Of a stretch of DNA of 64,000 nt, positions 1 to 10,200 are shown piece after piece. The position numbers and the translations under genes were made by a program. The stretch is from assembly GCA_963769935.1 (NCBI GenBank), contig CAVYNY010000018.1, positions 128,001 to 192,000 on the forward strand. Direction: 5' to 3'. Source of the DNA: an uncultured delta proteobacterium (lineage in GTDB: Bacteria > Desulfobacterota > Desulfobacteria > Desulfobacterales > JAFDCJ01). How positions within the stretch are numbered: position 1 is the first letter of the stretch; the number at the start of each line of letters is the position of its first letter. The notes under the pieces were generated by a model, which saw only the letters and a list, made by a program, of their open reading frames with translations, was not told where the DNA came from and did not search any database.

Positions 1-159
1 ATCGTTGGCTGTCTTGCTTTCTTAATTGACACCGGCCCCCCAACTCACTATTCTATACCATTTAGCAACACCCTGTTCCTGCCGGTGGGCCGGCTGCGCC
101 CATCTTTTATTTCTCGCTATTTTATGTAGTTATATAATTATAAGCATCCAAGTACCGTC

Positions 160-342
160 ATGGTGTTTTCAAACTACAATCACTCACACGCTAAGGCCGT
201 TGCGGATTCCGGTAAGACGCTGGGGGAAGTCCATGTCGGGGCCTCCCTGGACTTCATCGAGCAGGATATACATCGGGAACGCCTGTCGATCCTTTGGATG
301 ACGGTGCCGAATCCAAAGCACCGCTCTCGTTTTAAGCATTGA
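160..342 (+). pseudogene. Possible remnant of a membrane sensor (periplasmic domain/TM boundary)
   Basis: 60-aa ORF; SGKTLGEVHVGASLDFIEQDIHRERLSILWMT resembles the segment preceding TM2/HAMP in sensor proteins (pattern recognition only). Confidence 0.25.
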
Positions 343-390
343 CCCGTCGAATGCTGAAGGAAGTCGATTAATATCGTGAATCTATCCTAA

Positions 391-546
391 GGGTTCACGA
401 AAAAATTAATTCACAGTTTTAGGTGTTGAGGCGCTCTTCCGGCAAGGCGCGAAAACGCAGGAATATCTGGATATTCCGAGCTTTCGCAACGCAGCCGTAA
501 GAGATGCATCGGCGTATAAAATGTGAAGTTATTTTTGAGTGAGCCC
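391..546. mobile_element. MITE-like palindromic element, copy 1
   Basis: Imperfect TIR GGGTTCACGAAAAAATTAATTCACA / TGTGAAGTTATTTTTGAGTGAGCCC; flanked by TAA on both sides (388-390, 547-549); close second copy at 1967-2121. Confidence 0.85.
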
Positions 547-1022
547 TAAGGATTCAATTTTTTCAGCATGGTCCCGGCAGCAGGTTTGGGCCGCAGCAGG
601 AATGAAACCAGAAATGCCGCGCAAGCGGCCAGCAGAAAACGGGCGCTGATCAAAACCCACCAGTTGGCCCCCAGAGCAATAAAAATCAGGGTGTCTTCGA
701 TGACACTATGGCAGATCCCCAGGAAGACGAGCACCAGCGTTAAATCTCTTTTTGTCAGGCTGCCTTCCCTGGCAAAGGCAATGATAACCCCCGAGCCGAT
801 GACGATCCCCAGAAAAAAACCCGCCAGCAGTGGAAAGGCGGCCCGGTTGGAAAGTTTAAGCCGCTTCATGAGCGGCTGCAGAAGTCCGGCGGCCCGGTCC
901 AACAGATGGGCGTCCCGCAATAACGCCAAACCAACCATCACAGGTATAATGACGGCGGCCAGCAACAGCGTGATCCGGACACTGCTGGTGAGTATTTCAC
1001 GGATGATGAGCGGCCAGTCCAG
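546..1022 (-). CDS. Nucleoside recognition (Gate) domain membrane protein, probable CTG start
   Basis: Hydrophobic ORF with GFFLGIVIGSGVII and ICHSVIEDTLIF motifs; frame stays open upstream to CTG GAC TGG, preceded by AAAGGTGGTG and an in-frame TGA. Confidence 0.8.
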   Translation of the reverse strand: MDWPLIIREILTSSVRITLLLAAVIIPVMVGLALLRDAHLLDRAAGLLQPLMKRLKLSNRAAFPLLAGFFLGIVIGSGVIIAFAREGSLTKRDLTLVLVFLGICHSVIEDTLIFIALGANWWVLISARFLLAACAAFLVSFLLRPKPAAGTMLKKLNP

Positions 1023-1090
1023 TTTTCACCACCTTTCAGCAATTTAGACCCAAAATTTGTTTCGCTGGGAATCTGCTGTTTGGGCATTAA

Positions 1091-1304
1091 AGGTGTCAGG
1101 TTTCGGGTGTCAGTGGATTGGAGTCAAGAGGGCGTCAGTAATCTTATTGCTGGACTTGCAATCCCTACCTCCGCTGGATTCAAAACACCCGGTTTGTAAC
1201 GCATGAATCGAAAAAATCTGACCTGAAATCTGCGATTTTTCCTGATCGGCATTTTCACTTTTGGTTTCTGAGTTCTCGAGTTGTACCCTGACACCCGAGA
1301 CCTG
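1091..1304. repeat. Heptamer-periodic inverted-repeat element
   Basis: CAGGTTTCGGGTGTCAG (1097-1113) is inverted as CTGACACCCGAGACCTG (1288-1304), 16/17 match. Confidence 0.7.
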
Positions 1305-1354
1305 CATTTTAACCAATAAATTTGACAATATAAATCGGCCGGGGCCGAATCGCA

Positions 1355-1795
1355 TCAACCCAATTGTGGCATCAGGCTGCCGACCAGCTTCATCAAAGCG
1401 CCGGCCGAAAAAGCCGTAACCAGTCGAATACCCAAAATAGGCCAGGCTGAAATGCCGGTTTTCTTGATAACGGCTGATTCCAGCACAAGTTCGTGGCAAC
1501 AGCACAGCATGACGGCCACAATCGTAATCTGCCAGGCCGATAAACTCAGCGCAATAATGATTGCAAGGGCGGCGTAGAAATTAAAGAGCATTCCCGTCAC
1601 CACTGCCAGGGCGGCCTCGCCGGGCAGCCCCACAAATCGCATCAACGGATCGCCTGCCAGTGAAATCCATTTGATAACCGGTGTGTGCTCCAGCACCTTA
1701 ACGGCAGCAAAAACAGGGATAATGACCTTGAGCAAGGTAAAAAAGGTTTTTAGGCCGTCGGCCATTCCATTTTTCCAGGTGTCTTTTGTGATCAA
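1355..1795 (-). CDS. Nucleoside recognition (Gate) domain membrane protein
   Basis: PLMRFVGLPGEAALAVVTG and CHELVLESAV motifs; TTG start after GGAAGGA; partner of the downstream gene. Confidence 0.8.
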   Translation of the reverse strand: MITKDTWKNGMADGLKTFFTLLKVIIPVFAAVKVLEHTPVIKWISLAGDPLMRFVGLPGEAALAVVTGMLFNFYAALAIIIALSLSAWQITIVAVMLCCCHELVLESAVIKKTGISAWPILGIRLVTAFSAGALMKLVGSLMPQLG

Positions 1796-1966
1796 TTTTT
1801 CCTTCCGGGCGCAGCGATAAAATTCACTTCCGACAGAAACTGACTAAGTCCGGATAACAATCACACCCGGGCATATTTTGCAACACCAATTTACCTCGTC
1901 GAGAAGTTGAACTGTCCTTTAAAGGTTTTTGCAAAAATGCCAATATAGTCTACTGAAGGTCTCTTA

Positions 1967-2121
1967 GGGCTCAAGAAAATATTAATTCACAGTTTTAGCG
2001 TTGAGGCGCCCGACTGACAAGGCGCGAAAACGCAGGAATATCTGGATATTCCGAGCTTTCGCAACGCCGCCAGCCGGGATGCATCGGCGTATAAAATGTG
2101 AAGTTATTTTTGAGTGAGCCC
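1967..2121. mobile_element. MITE-like palindromic element, copy 2
   Basis: GGGCTCAAGAAAATATTAATTCACA...TGTGAAGTTATTTTTGAGTGAGCCC; flanked by TTA (1964-1966, 2122-2124). Confidence 0.85.
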
Positions 2122-2223
2122 TTAGACAAGGATGTCTCCGGGGAGCAAAAAATGGCTATATAACCGCTTTAATCGGTTTGCCATTGATAACATGCACTGC
2201 AGATCTAATAAAATGGGTATGGT

Positions 2224-3621
2224 ATGGCCAGGATTTTGATTATCGATGATGAGCCCATCCTTTGCGAATATTTGCGCGATTTATTTAGTGATGCGAATCA
2301 TGAGGTTCTTTTCGTTCATACATTGAAAGACGGTATCAATTTCTTGTCTCAGGACAGTTTTGATGCTGTGTTTCTTGATGTTATGCTTCCCGACGGCAAC
2401 GGTCTCAGCGGCCTAAGGCAGATGCGGGACGCGCCGTCGTCCCCGGAAATTATTATCATTACCGGGGCGGCGAATCGATCTGAGGCCGAGATAGCGATCA
2501 AAAACGGGGCCTGGGATTATATTCAAAAACCGTTTACAATGTCACAGATCAAAGATTGCCTGAGCAGCGTGTTGCAATACCAACGGGAAAGAGCCAGCCG
2601 GCCGTCACCAGGACGAGTGGTCCACAAGAACATTATCGGTGCCAGCTCCCAAATGAAGCGTTGCCTCGCCCAACTTGCGCCGGCCGCTTTTAGTGATGCC
2701 AGTGTCCTTATTACCGGCGAAACCGGTACTGGAAAAGAGCTGTTTGCCAGGGCGATCCATGACAACAGTCTCCGGAAAATCAATAATTTTGTCATCGTAG
2801 ATTGTGCGGCCCTGCCGGAGCCTCTGGTGGAAAGCACCCTGTTCGGACATGAAAAAGGCGCTTTCACCAGTGCCGATCAAAGCCAGGAAGGCCTTATCAA
2901 ACAGGCCCATAATGGAACGCTTTTCCTCGATGAAGTTGGAGAACTCCCGCTCTCAGTTCAGCGATCCTTTTTGCGCGTGCTCCAGGAACATCGTTTTCGG
3001 CCGGTTGGCAGCAAGCATGAAATAGAAAGTAATTTCAAGCTGGTTGCGGCAACCAATCAGGACCTTGATCAAATGGTCCAGAAGGGAACTTTTCGCCGGG
3101 ATCTTTTATTCAGGCTCCGATCGATTGCAATTGATTTGCCGCCGTTGCGCGAGAGAACCGGCGATATAAAGATAATGACCGCTCATTTCCTGAAGAAACT
3201 CTCCAATCGATACCAAATTAAAGAAAAAAAGATTTCCCCTGATTTTATGGATATCCTGGCAAACTACCATTGGCCGGGAAACATAAGGGAGCTGATCAAT
3301 GCTCTCGAAAAATCAATTTCAACGGCTCAAGGCTGTCCGACATTGTTCTCGATGCATCTTCCTACCAACATCAGAATTCATGTCGTGCAATCATCGGTTG
3401 ACCCGGCGGAAGAATATCTGAACCCCCAACGATTTCAGACGGATGATACCAAACCAATTCCGAATTTGAAAAAGTTGCTGGCCTCGGCCGAAAAGAAATA
3501 TCTTCAGAAGTTAGTTTCCCATACCAGCGGCAATGTCAACAAAATCTGTTGGATATCCGGCCTGTCCCGCTCTCGCGTTTATGAACGACTGAAGAAATAT
3601 GATATATCCCTCCGCGCTTAG
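2224..3621 (+). CDS. Sigma-54-dependent response regulator (REC-AAA+-HTH, NtrC family)
   Basis: N-terminal receiver, GETGTGKE Walker A, GAFTSA (GAFTGA-like) loop, LFLDEVGE, WPGNIREL, C-terminal Fis-type HTH. Confidence 0.95.
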   Translation: MARILIIDDEPILCEYLRDLFSDANHEVLFVHTLKDGINFLSQDSFDAVFLDVMLPDGNGLSGLRQMRDAPSSPEIIIITGAANRSEAEIAIKNGAWDYIQKPFTMSQIKDCLSSVLQYQRERASRPSPGRVVHKNIIGASSQMKRCLAQLAPAAFSDASVLITGETGTGKELFARAIHDNSLRKINNFVIVDCAALPEPLVESTLFGHEKGAFTSADQSQEGLIKQAHNGTLFLDEVGELPLSVQRSFLRVLQEHRFRPVGSKHEIESNFKLVAATNQDLDQMVQKGTFRRDLLFRLRSIAIDLPPLRERTGDIKIMTAHFLKKLSNRYQIKEKKISPDFMDILANYHWPGNIRELINALEKSISTAQGCPTLFSMHLPTNIRIHVVQSSVDPAEEYLNPQRFQTDDTKPIPNLKKLLASAEKKYLQKLVSHTSGNVNKICWISGLSRSRVYERLKKYDISLRA

Positions 3622-3647
3622 TCCCTGTTCCCGCACTACCTGTTTTC

Positions 3648-3695
3648 TCCCGATTTTGGGATTGAAAATTCAGCCAAGCGTCCCAATTTCAGGAC
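3648..3695. promoter_or_regulatory. Candidate upstream activator sites for the sigma-54 promoter
   Basis: Two TCC-N8-GGA dyads (TCCCGATTTTGGGA at 3648, TCCCAATTTCAGGA at 3681), 33 bp apart, ~100-140 bp upstream of -24/-12, with an AT-rich tract in between. Confidence 0.5.
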
Positions 3696-3790
3696 AATTC
3701 CATCATCGTTCTCTTTTTCCGCTTGAACAGAAGATATTCCATCTATCTAAAAATATTAGATAAAATATAAAAATAGACTGATAAATTTTA

Positions 3791-3807
3791 TTGGCACATC
3801 TCTTGCT
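3791..3807 (+). promoter_or_regulatory. Sigma-54 (-24/-12) promoter
   Basis: TTGGCACATCTCTTGCT matches TGGCAC-N5-TTGC, directly downstream of a sigma-54 activator gene. Confidence 0.85.
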
Positions 3808-3874
3808 GAAAAACCCTGTGCGCAATGCCTCAGTAAGCGCATTTGATTTTAAAGCACACCATTTAGGGGGGGAT

Positions 3875-4264
3875 GTGCGCGTATTATTCTACGCTTCAAT
3901 TAAAACAGCAGGCGCCAATCGCTTGGTTGAATTGGTCAAGATCCTTATACCCGGAAAAAGTCTCGAGATATTTGATTCGATCGATAGCATTTCCGTACGG
4001 CTGCGTTATCCCCGAATAGAGCCGATAATCACGGTTATTCAAGTTGCCAGCCGGCAGGAGCTTACCAACATACTCGGTATGAGTGAGTTGGTGGAGGATA
4101 CGAGCCTTTTTCTTGTTTTGCCCGACCGCAGACCCGATACTGTTTCTCAAGGGTATCGGCTCCGACCGCGGTACATCACTTACCGTGATGCCGACCTTGC
4201 GGCGGGAGCCGCTGTTTTGAAAAAAATGTTTGATAAGATCAATCATTGGTCTGTGAGAGCTTGA
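3875..4264 (+). CDS. Hypothetical protein, possibly a degenerate receiver-like fold
   Basis: GTG start after GGGGGGA; the longer ORF call starts inside the sigma-54 promoter; alpha/beta pattern with LFLVLPD...LRPRYIT. Confidence 0.6.
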   Translation: MRVLFYASIKTAGANRLVELVKILIPGKSLEIFDSIDSISVRLRYPRIEPIITVIQVASRQELTNILGMSELVEDTSLFLVLPDRRPDTVSQGYRLRPRYITYRDADLAAGAAVLKKMFDKINHWSVRA

Positions 4265-4394
4265 GCAGGCGAAATACAGTGGTGGAAGGTTTCGGGCGGC
4301 TGAGCAATATTGGCCCAAGCCATGGAAGCAACTTCTGCATCGGCGCAGATTCAATGCAGGCCGTCAAATTAAATCGATTTGGTGATCATCAAAA

Positions 4395-6122
4395 ATGAAT
4401 GAAGATTCAATACCAAAATCTGTATTGATTGTGGATGATGACAGGGATTTTCTTTTTTGTGTAGAAAATTTCCTCAAAGTCTACACGGACCAAATCGAAG
4501 TATTAATTGCCTCGAACGGCCTGCAAGCCTTGCAAATATTGGAGACCAGAAGAGTGGATCTTCTGGTAACCGATATTAAGATGCCCGAGATGGATGGAAT
4601 AGAATTACTGTCCCGCCTGAGCCTGAAAAATCTGGACATCCATGTCATCGTAACCACCGCCTTTGCCACGAGGGAAAATATAGAGCGGTTGAACAAAGTC
4701 GGTCAATTTTATTACCTGGCGAAGCCATTTAGTCTGGAGAACTTTGGCAAGAAGATTTTAAGTGTTTTAAGAGAAAAATCGGAAGCATCCGCCGGCCAGT
4801 TTACCTTGGCAAATTTACTGCAGTTGCTCCATATGGAACAAAAAACCTGCACACTCCTGGTGAAATCAAACGGGAAAGTCGGCTACCTTTACCTCAGAAA
4901 TGGGGAGTTGATAAATGCGGAGACGAATGGAATCGAGGGCCCGGAGGCAGCAAAAATAATTATTTCCTGGGGGAATGCCCAAACGGAGATTCAGGGAACC
5001 TGTCAAAAAGAAAGAAAAATTCATACGACTATCATGTCCATCCTGCTGGAGGCGACCCGATTTGCCGATGAAAATCGTGCCTCCCTTTTTTACACCGATT
5101 TGCTGGAAAAGGCGATTGAGTTGGCTGAAGGCCGACATTTTAAAGAAGCGAAAGGGATATTATCTCAGCTATTAAAGCACGATAATCGGAATGCTAAAGC
5201 GTGGCTGTGGCTTTCCAGAGTCGCCGAAAGCATAAAGACCATCAAAGTATCATTAACCAACGCGGCCAAGATTGCACCGGAAGATCCTAAAATTGCAGCG
5301 GAGGTCGTAAATTTCAATCGAATCACAAACCAGTTGAAAGAAGGACAGTTTCATCGATGCCCGTTTTGCTGGTTCCCCTTCAAGAAGGGCAGCTACCAGT
5401 GTCCAAATTGTGGGGGCCATTTGACAGTTTATGATCGACTGTTAAAGTCCGCACCGGTTGGAGATAAAAGAATCTTTATAGAAACCGTTGATAGGTTCAG
5501 CAGGGCAATCTGTCGCGAAAAAAACGCTAAGGTGCACTATTATTTGGGCCTGGCGCATCTCAATCTGGCGAACTGGGAGGATGCACTTACCCACCTGGAT
5601 AAATCCGTAAAGCTTGCGCCGACGAATAAATCTTATGCCTATCAATTGCAGACTTTGCTGAACCATATGGCTTCTGCCAAAGCGATCCCGGCCAAAGAGT
5701 TGCGATTTCAACAGAAAGAATCGGATCAACCGCGGGTGCTTCACGAAAGCCCGGTCGAAAGAAAAAAGATCCTGGTCGTCGAAGACAGCTCGACGATACG
5801 CAAAGTCATATCGGTCACCCTAGGTCAAACCGGATATGAGATCATCGAGGCCGGAGACGGACTTGAGGCTCTGAGCAAACTGAATGAATCCAGCCCCGAT
5901 TTAATCCTGCTGGATATAATCTTGCCCAAGATGGACGGTTATAAAATTCTTTCCATCATAAAAGAGAATCCTGATTTTTGCGACATTCCGGTAATCATGC
6001 TGACGAGCAAAGATGGTATTCTCAATAAAGTAAAAGGTAAAATGGCCGGGTCGGCAGCCTATCTGACCAAGCCGTTTGATCCGGCTCAACTTGTTGAGAC
6101 GATTGAGCGGCATCTCAAATAG
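4395..6122 (+). CDS. Multidomain response regulator: REC-DUF4388(PatA_N-like)-TPR-Zn ribbon-TPR-PilG-like REC
   Basis: N-terminal REC (DIKMPEMDG); LANLLQLLHMEQKTCTL...GYLYLRNGELINA; CPFC..CPNC; C-terminal REC with MLTSKDGILNKVKGKMAGSAAYLTKPF resembling PilG. Confidence 0.85.
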   Translation: MNEDSIPKSVLIVDDDRDFLFCVENFLKVYTDQIEVLIASNGLQALQILETRRVDLLVTDIKMPEMDGIELLSRLSLKNLDIHVIVTTAFATRENIERLNKVGQFYYLAKPFSLENFGKKILSVLREKSEASAGQFTLANLLQLLHMEQKTCTLLVKSNGKVGYLYLRNGELINAETNGIEGPEAAKIIISWGNAQTEIQGTCQKERKIHTTIMSILLEATRFADENRASLFYTDLLEKAIELAEGRHFKEAKGILSQLLKHDNRNAKAWLWLSRVAESIKTIKVSLTNAAKIAPEDPKIAAEVVNFNRITNQLKEGQFHRCPFCWFPFKKGSYQCPNCGGHLTVYDRLLKSAPVGDKRIFIETVDRFSRAICREKNAKVHYYLGLAHLNLANWEDALTHLDKSVKLAPTNKSYAYQLQTLLNHMASAKAIPAKELRFQQKESDQPRVLHESPVERKKILVVEDSSTIRKVISVTLGQTGYEIIEAGDGLEALSKLNESSPDLILLDIILPKMDGYKILSIIKENPDFCDIPVIMLTSKDGILNKVKGKMAGSAAYLTKPFDPAQLVETIERHLK

Positions 6123-6141
6123 AACAAAAGGAGATTCATGT

Positions 6142-6507
6142 ATGCGTAAATTGAAAGTTTTGGTTGTCGATGACAGCCCTACCGACTTGAAACTGATGAG
6201 TGAACCGTTCATATCGCAGGGGTATGATTTAATTACGGCGAAAGACGGTGAGGAAGCCCTCGAAAGAGCGACGCTCGAGCGACCCGATCTGATTGTGCTC
6301 GACGTCATCATGCCCAAGCTCAATGGGTTCAAAGTCTGTCGCCAGATAAAAAGTTCAGGCAAACTCAAAGACATAAAAATTATCCTGTTAACCAGCAAAA
6401 ACCAGGAAAGTGATAAATTCTGGGGAAAAAAACAGGGAGCCGATGCTTATATGACAAAACCATTCAGCGGTGAGCACTTGCTGGCCATCGCTGAAAAGCT
6501 CTTTTAA
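6142..6507 (+). CDS. pilH: Single-domain response regulator, PilH-like (copy 1)
   Basis: VVDDSPTD, DVIMPKLNGF, QESDKFWGKKQGADAYMTKPF; ATG at 6142 after AAGGAG. Confidence 0.8.
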   Translation: MRKLKVLVVDDSPTDLKLMSEPFISQGYDLITAKDGEEALERATLERPDLIVLDVIMPKLNGFKVCRQIKSSGKLKDIKIILLTSKNQESDKFWGKKQGADAYMTKPFSGEHLLAIAEKLF

Positions 6508-6599
6508 GTAAAAATGCGCCGCTGGCAGATAAACGCTTTTGTAAGCTGAAATGACCGTCAACCTGTATCTGCCACAGCCAACAGCGAGGCTAATCAGTT

Positions 6600-7229
6600 A
6601 TGGATATTAGGAACGATTCTGAAGAAAGCATCCGCCGCTGGATTCAAACAGAGCCGGATAACCCCCGGCTGCCGTTAAATAGTTTGATTGCGAAAATTGA
6701 TCGCGAAACCGGAGAAACGGTTTCGCCCGAATCGCTGAATGAAGCCGGTTCGCACAAATCGGAAAGGGCGGGCGACCGCCTGCAACACCAGTTTATTCTT
6801 TTTGCCATGGAGCGTACTCTTTTTGCCCTGCCGCTTTCCAGCGCCCTGGAAATCGGACACCGGCCCGATATTACCCCCCTGCCCAATCTGCCGCATTGGG
6901 TAATGGGTATCAGTAACATCCGGGGGGAGATCATCTCCTTTGTAAATCTGAAAGCTTTTCTGGGAATCCCTTTCACTGGAAAAAAGGGGAACGACCGTTT
7001 CATCATCATCCATAATAAGCGCCTGAAGACCGGAATAATAGTGGACGGCATCCGGGGAATTGTTGTGCTGAACCGAATAGACCATGATATTCAAAACAGC
7101 CCGTACCGACAAGGAGATATCGCCAGGTATATTTTGGGAGTTGCCGTCTCGGGCGAAAACCTGATGAATATTCTGGATATTGACCGGCTGTTATCTTCTC
7201 AGCGAATGAACAGCTTCAAAGCCGATTAG
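6600..7229 (+). CDS. cheW: CheW (PilI-like) scaffold protein
   Basis: ITPLPNLPHWVMGISNIRGEIISFVNL CheW motif. Confidence 0.9.
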   Translation: MDIRNDSEESIRRWIQTEPDNPRLPLNSLIAKIDRETGETVSPESLNEAGSHKSERAGDRLQHQFILFAMERTLFALPLSSALEIGHRPDITPLPNLPHWVMGISNIRGEIISFVNLKAFLGIPFTGKKGNDRFIIIHNKRLKTGIIVDGIRGIVVLNRIDHDIQNSPYRQGDIARYILGVAVSGENLMNILDIDRLLSSQRMNSFKAD

Positions 7230-7299
7230 AGAATGCCGCCGGGGATGAAAAAACGAATTAAAACCAATTAACCTTGCCGACTGCATAAGGAGACAGTTT

Positions 7300-10200
7300 A
7301 TGCCCAAGCCGCCCAAAGCTGAGATGATAAGTGGGTTTATCGAAGAAGTGAAGAGCTATATTCCTTCTTTGATCGATGGATTGGACGCTCTCAGCAAATC
7401 TCCGGACAAAAGCGAGATGCTTGAGGAGACCCATCGCTTGGTACATACCATTAAAGGGGCGGCCTCAATGGTAGGGCTTTCCGGTCTGAGCAACATCGCT
7501 TTTCAGATGGAAGACTACTTGGACGATGTTATTGCGGGAAAGCAGGTCGTTAGCGACCTATCTCTCGCGACCATGCATAAAACCACTGAAAAATTTCAGG
7601 AATATTGCCGCTGTTATCTCAACGGCGGGGTGGCCTCGCGCACCATGTTCAAAGAAACGGTCACTGATTTCGCACGCACCCGTGGCTTGTCATTGGAAGA
7701 AGAAGCAAAGATTCTCAGTGAGCTAACGGAGTCTGTTCCCGAAATTGAAGCACTTGCAACCGAAGGAGAAAATGCACCTGAAACAAGCATTGCGCGCGAC
7801 CCCGCACGGATCAATAGAATCACTTCCGATTCCGGCGATGAGCAGGGTTCCGATACGGACTTCGCATGTGGTGACCGCTTTGCTGAATATCCGATTGAGG
7901 TCGATGAAGTTGTCGGGAAAAACGTTCAACCCGAACCCCACCGGATTGAACTTCCGCCTGAGCTGATGGAAAGCTTTTATGAAGAAGCCGAGGAACACCT
8001 GGAGGATCTGGCGCGTTCGTTGAATATTATGGAATCACAGGCCAAAGAGCCCATTTCCATTTCCGACTCCCTGCGGGAAGAAATTCGCAGGATAAGGCGA
8101 TCGGTCCACACTTTGAAAGGCGCAGCGGCCGTGATGCGGTTTCAGGAATTTGCCGACCGGGCCCATGCGCTTGAGGACCTTCTGGACTGGCTGTACGAAG
8201 AGGCCCGGGAAATCTCACCAGAAATAGTATCGGTGCTGACGGAATCCTCGGATCTGCTGGCAGAGCTGGTAGCAAAGCCATCCATGGCACATTCATCCAA
8301 GGCGAAATCACTCCAAAAAGAATACCAAAAGATTATGGGCCAGGGCCGCGGAGCCGTGGCAACAGACCCCGCTTCGCTTGAGGCTGAGGGCGAACTTGAG
8401 CTCGAAAACGACTTGAACGAAATACTCCAAGCCGAAGCTTATGCCGAAGATGCCGAAGCGCCGATCCCCTCCGTGGACGCTTCCCAATTGGATGAATCCG
8501 CGGACCCGCACCCGCGATTCAACAGGACACTCAGAGTCGATATGGCCCGAATCGACGATCTGGTCAACCTGGCGGGTGAGCTGATCATTGCCGTAAGCGC
8601 CTTCGACCAAAAAATGGAGATCTTCGCCGATTCCACCCATGACCTTGAATTATCCTGCGATCGGCTCAAAAACGTGGCCCGTGATTTAGAAGTCAATTAT
8701 GAAGTCAAGGCGCTTGACCAGCTAAAGACCGTATCTGATTTCTCGACGGATGTCCGGGGAGCGTCGTTGCCCGCCGGCGGGTTTGATGACTTTGATACCC
8801 TCGAGCTGGATCGGTATTCCGAACTCAATCTGATTATTCGAATGATGAATGAAACCGCCGTCGATTTAGGCGCCCTGAACTCTCAATTGACGAATCTCTA
8901 TCGGGAATTTGACGGTCACCTTCTCCGGCAACGCGTCGTACTCAGTGAGCTTCAGGAAAAAATGATGCTGGTTCGCATGACGCCGATGTCGATCATCACC
9001 AGTAAATTGCGCCGGACGGTGCGTGAGGTCGCCGGTAATCTTGGCAAAAGGGTCGCGTTTAGCATCACGGGCGAAAACATTGAACTTGACAGGATGATTT
9101 GGGAAAAACTTACCGACCCCCTTATGCATTTGCTCAGAAATGCCGTCGATCATGGTATTGAACCGCCTGCCGGGAGGGAGTCTTTGCAGAAGTCACCCGT
9201 TGCAACCGTGAAACTAGATGCATTCCGGGAAGGAAACCAGGTTGTCATTCGCATCGCGGACGATGGTGCCGGTCTGAACTTCCAGGCTATCCGGGCGACA
9301 GCCCGCCGGATGCAACTCGCCGATCACCTCGAGGATATTTCCGAGGATGATTTGTCGCGCTTTATCTTCTTCCCCGGTTTCAGCACCCGCGGCCAAATCA
9401 GCTCCATCTCGGGACGCGGGGTCGGAATGGATGTGGTCAAGGAAAATATACAGGATCTGAAAGGCGTCATCCGGGTTGCTTCTGAAAAAGGAAAAGGAAC
9501 CCAATTTACCATTCGCATACCGCTGACGCTGGCGGTGGTGCGAGCCCTGCTGTTCACCGCGGGCGGGCAGAAATTTGCCATTGCTTTAAACGAGATCAGC
9601 GAAATCATCCGGCTGAATCCGGAACATGTCTTAGGGCCCCATCAGGATGCCGTAAGGCTGAAAGACGAAGTCCTGCCGCTTTTTCAAATGGTCGATCTGC
9701 TGAATGGCGGTAAAAGAAAGGCCGAAGCGGTTATGGCTCCGGAATATCCGATTACCTTGGTGATTGAAAGCGGCGGCCGACGGGCGGCCCTGGTTGTTGA
9801 TACCTTGGTCGGTCAACGGGAAATCGTGATCAAAGGCCTGGGGTCGCATCTTCGCTACGTAAAGGGCATATCCGGGGTAACCATTATGGGTGACGGCAGT
9901 GTGGTTCCGATTCTGAACCTGGAAGAATTCTTGTGGTCCCAGACCTCAAATATTGCGGATACTTACCCTGATGCAGCGCTGGATATTAAAAGGCCCCTGA
10001 AAATAATGGTGGTGGATGATTCCATCAGTATCCGGCAGGTCATATCCCGGCTTGTGGCAGATCAGGGGTGGGAGGCCCAAACAGCCAAAGACGGCATCGA
10101 TGCTTTGGAAAAGCTTAGAGAAGGCCGGCCGGATCTGATCGTGCTTGATATCGAAATGCCACGAATGAACGGCTTTGAATTCCTGGGAGCCGTCAAAACC

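Noticed and set aside
391..2121. Composite transposon carrying the Gate gene pair
   Set aside because: Each copy has its own duplication (TAA versus TTA), indicating independent insertions
3791..3874. N-terminal extension of ORF 3791-4264
   Set aside because: The TTG is part of the sigma-54 -24 box; the RBS-supported start is GTG 3875
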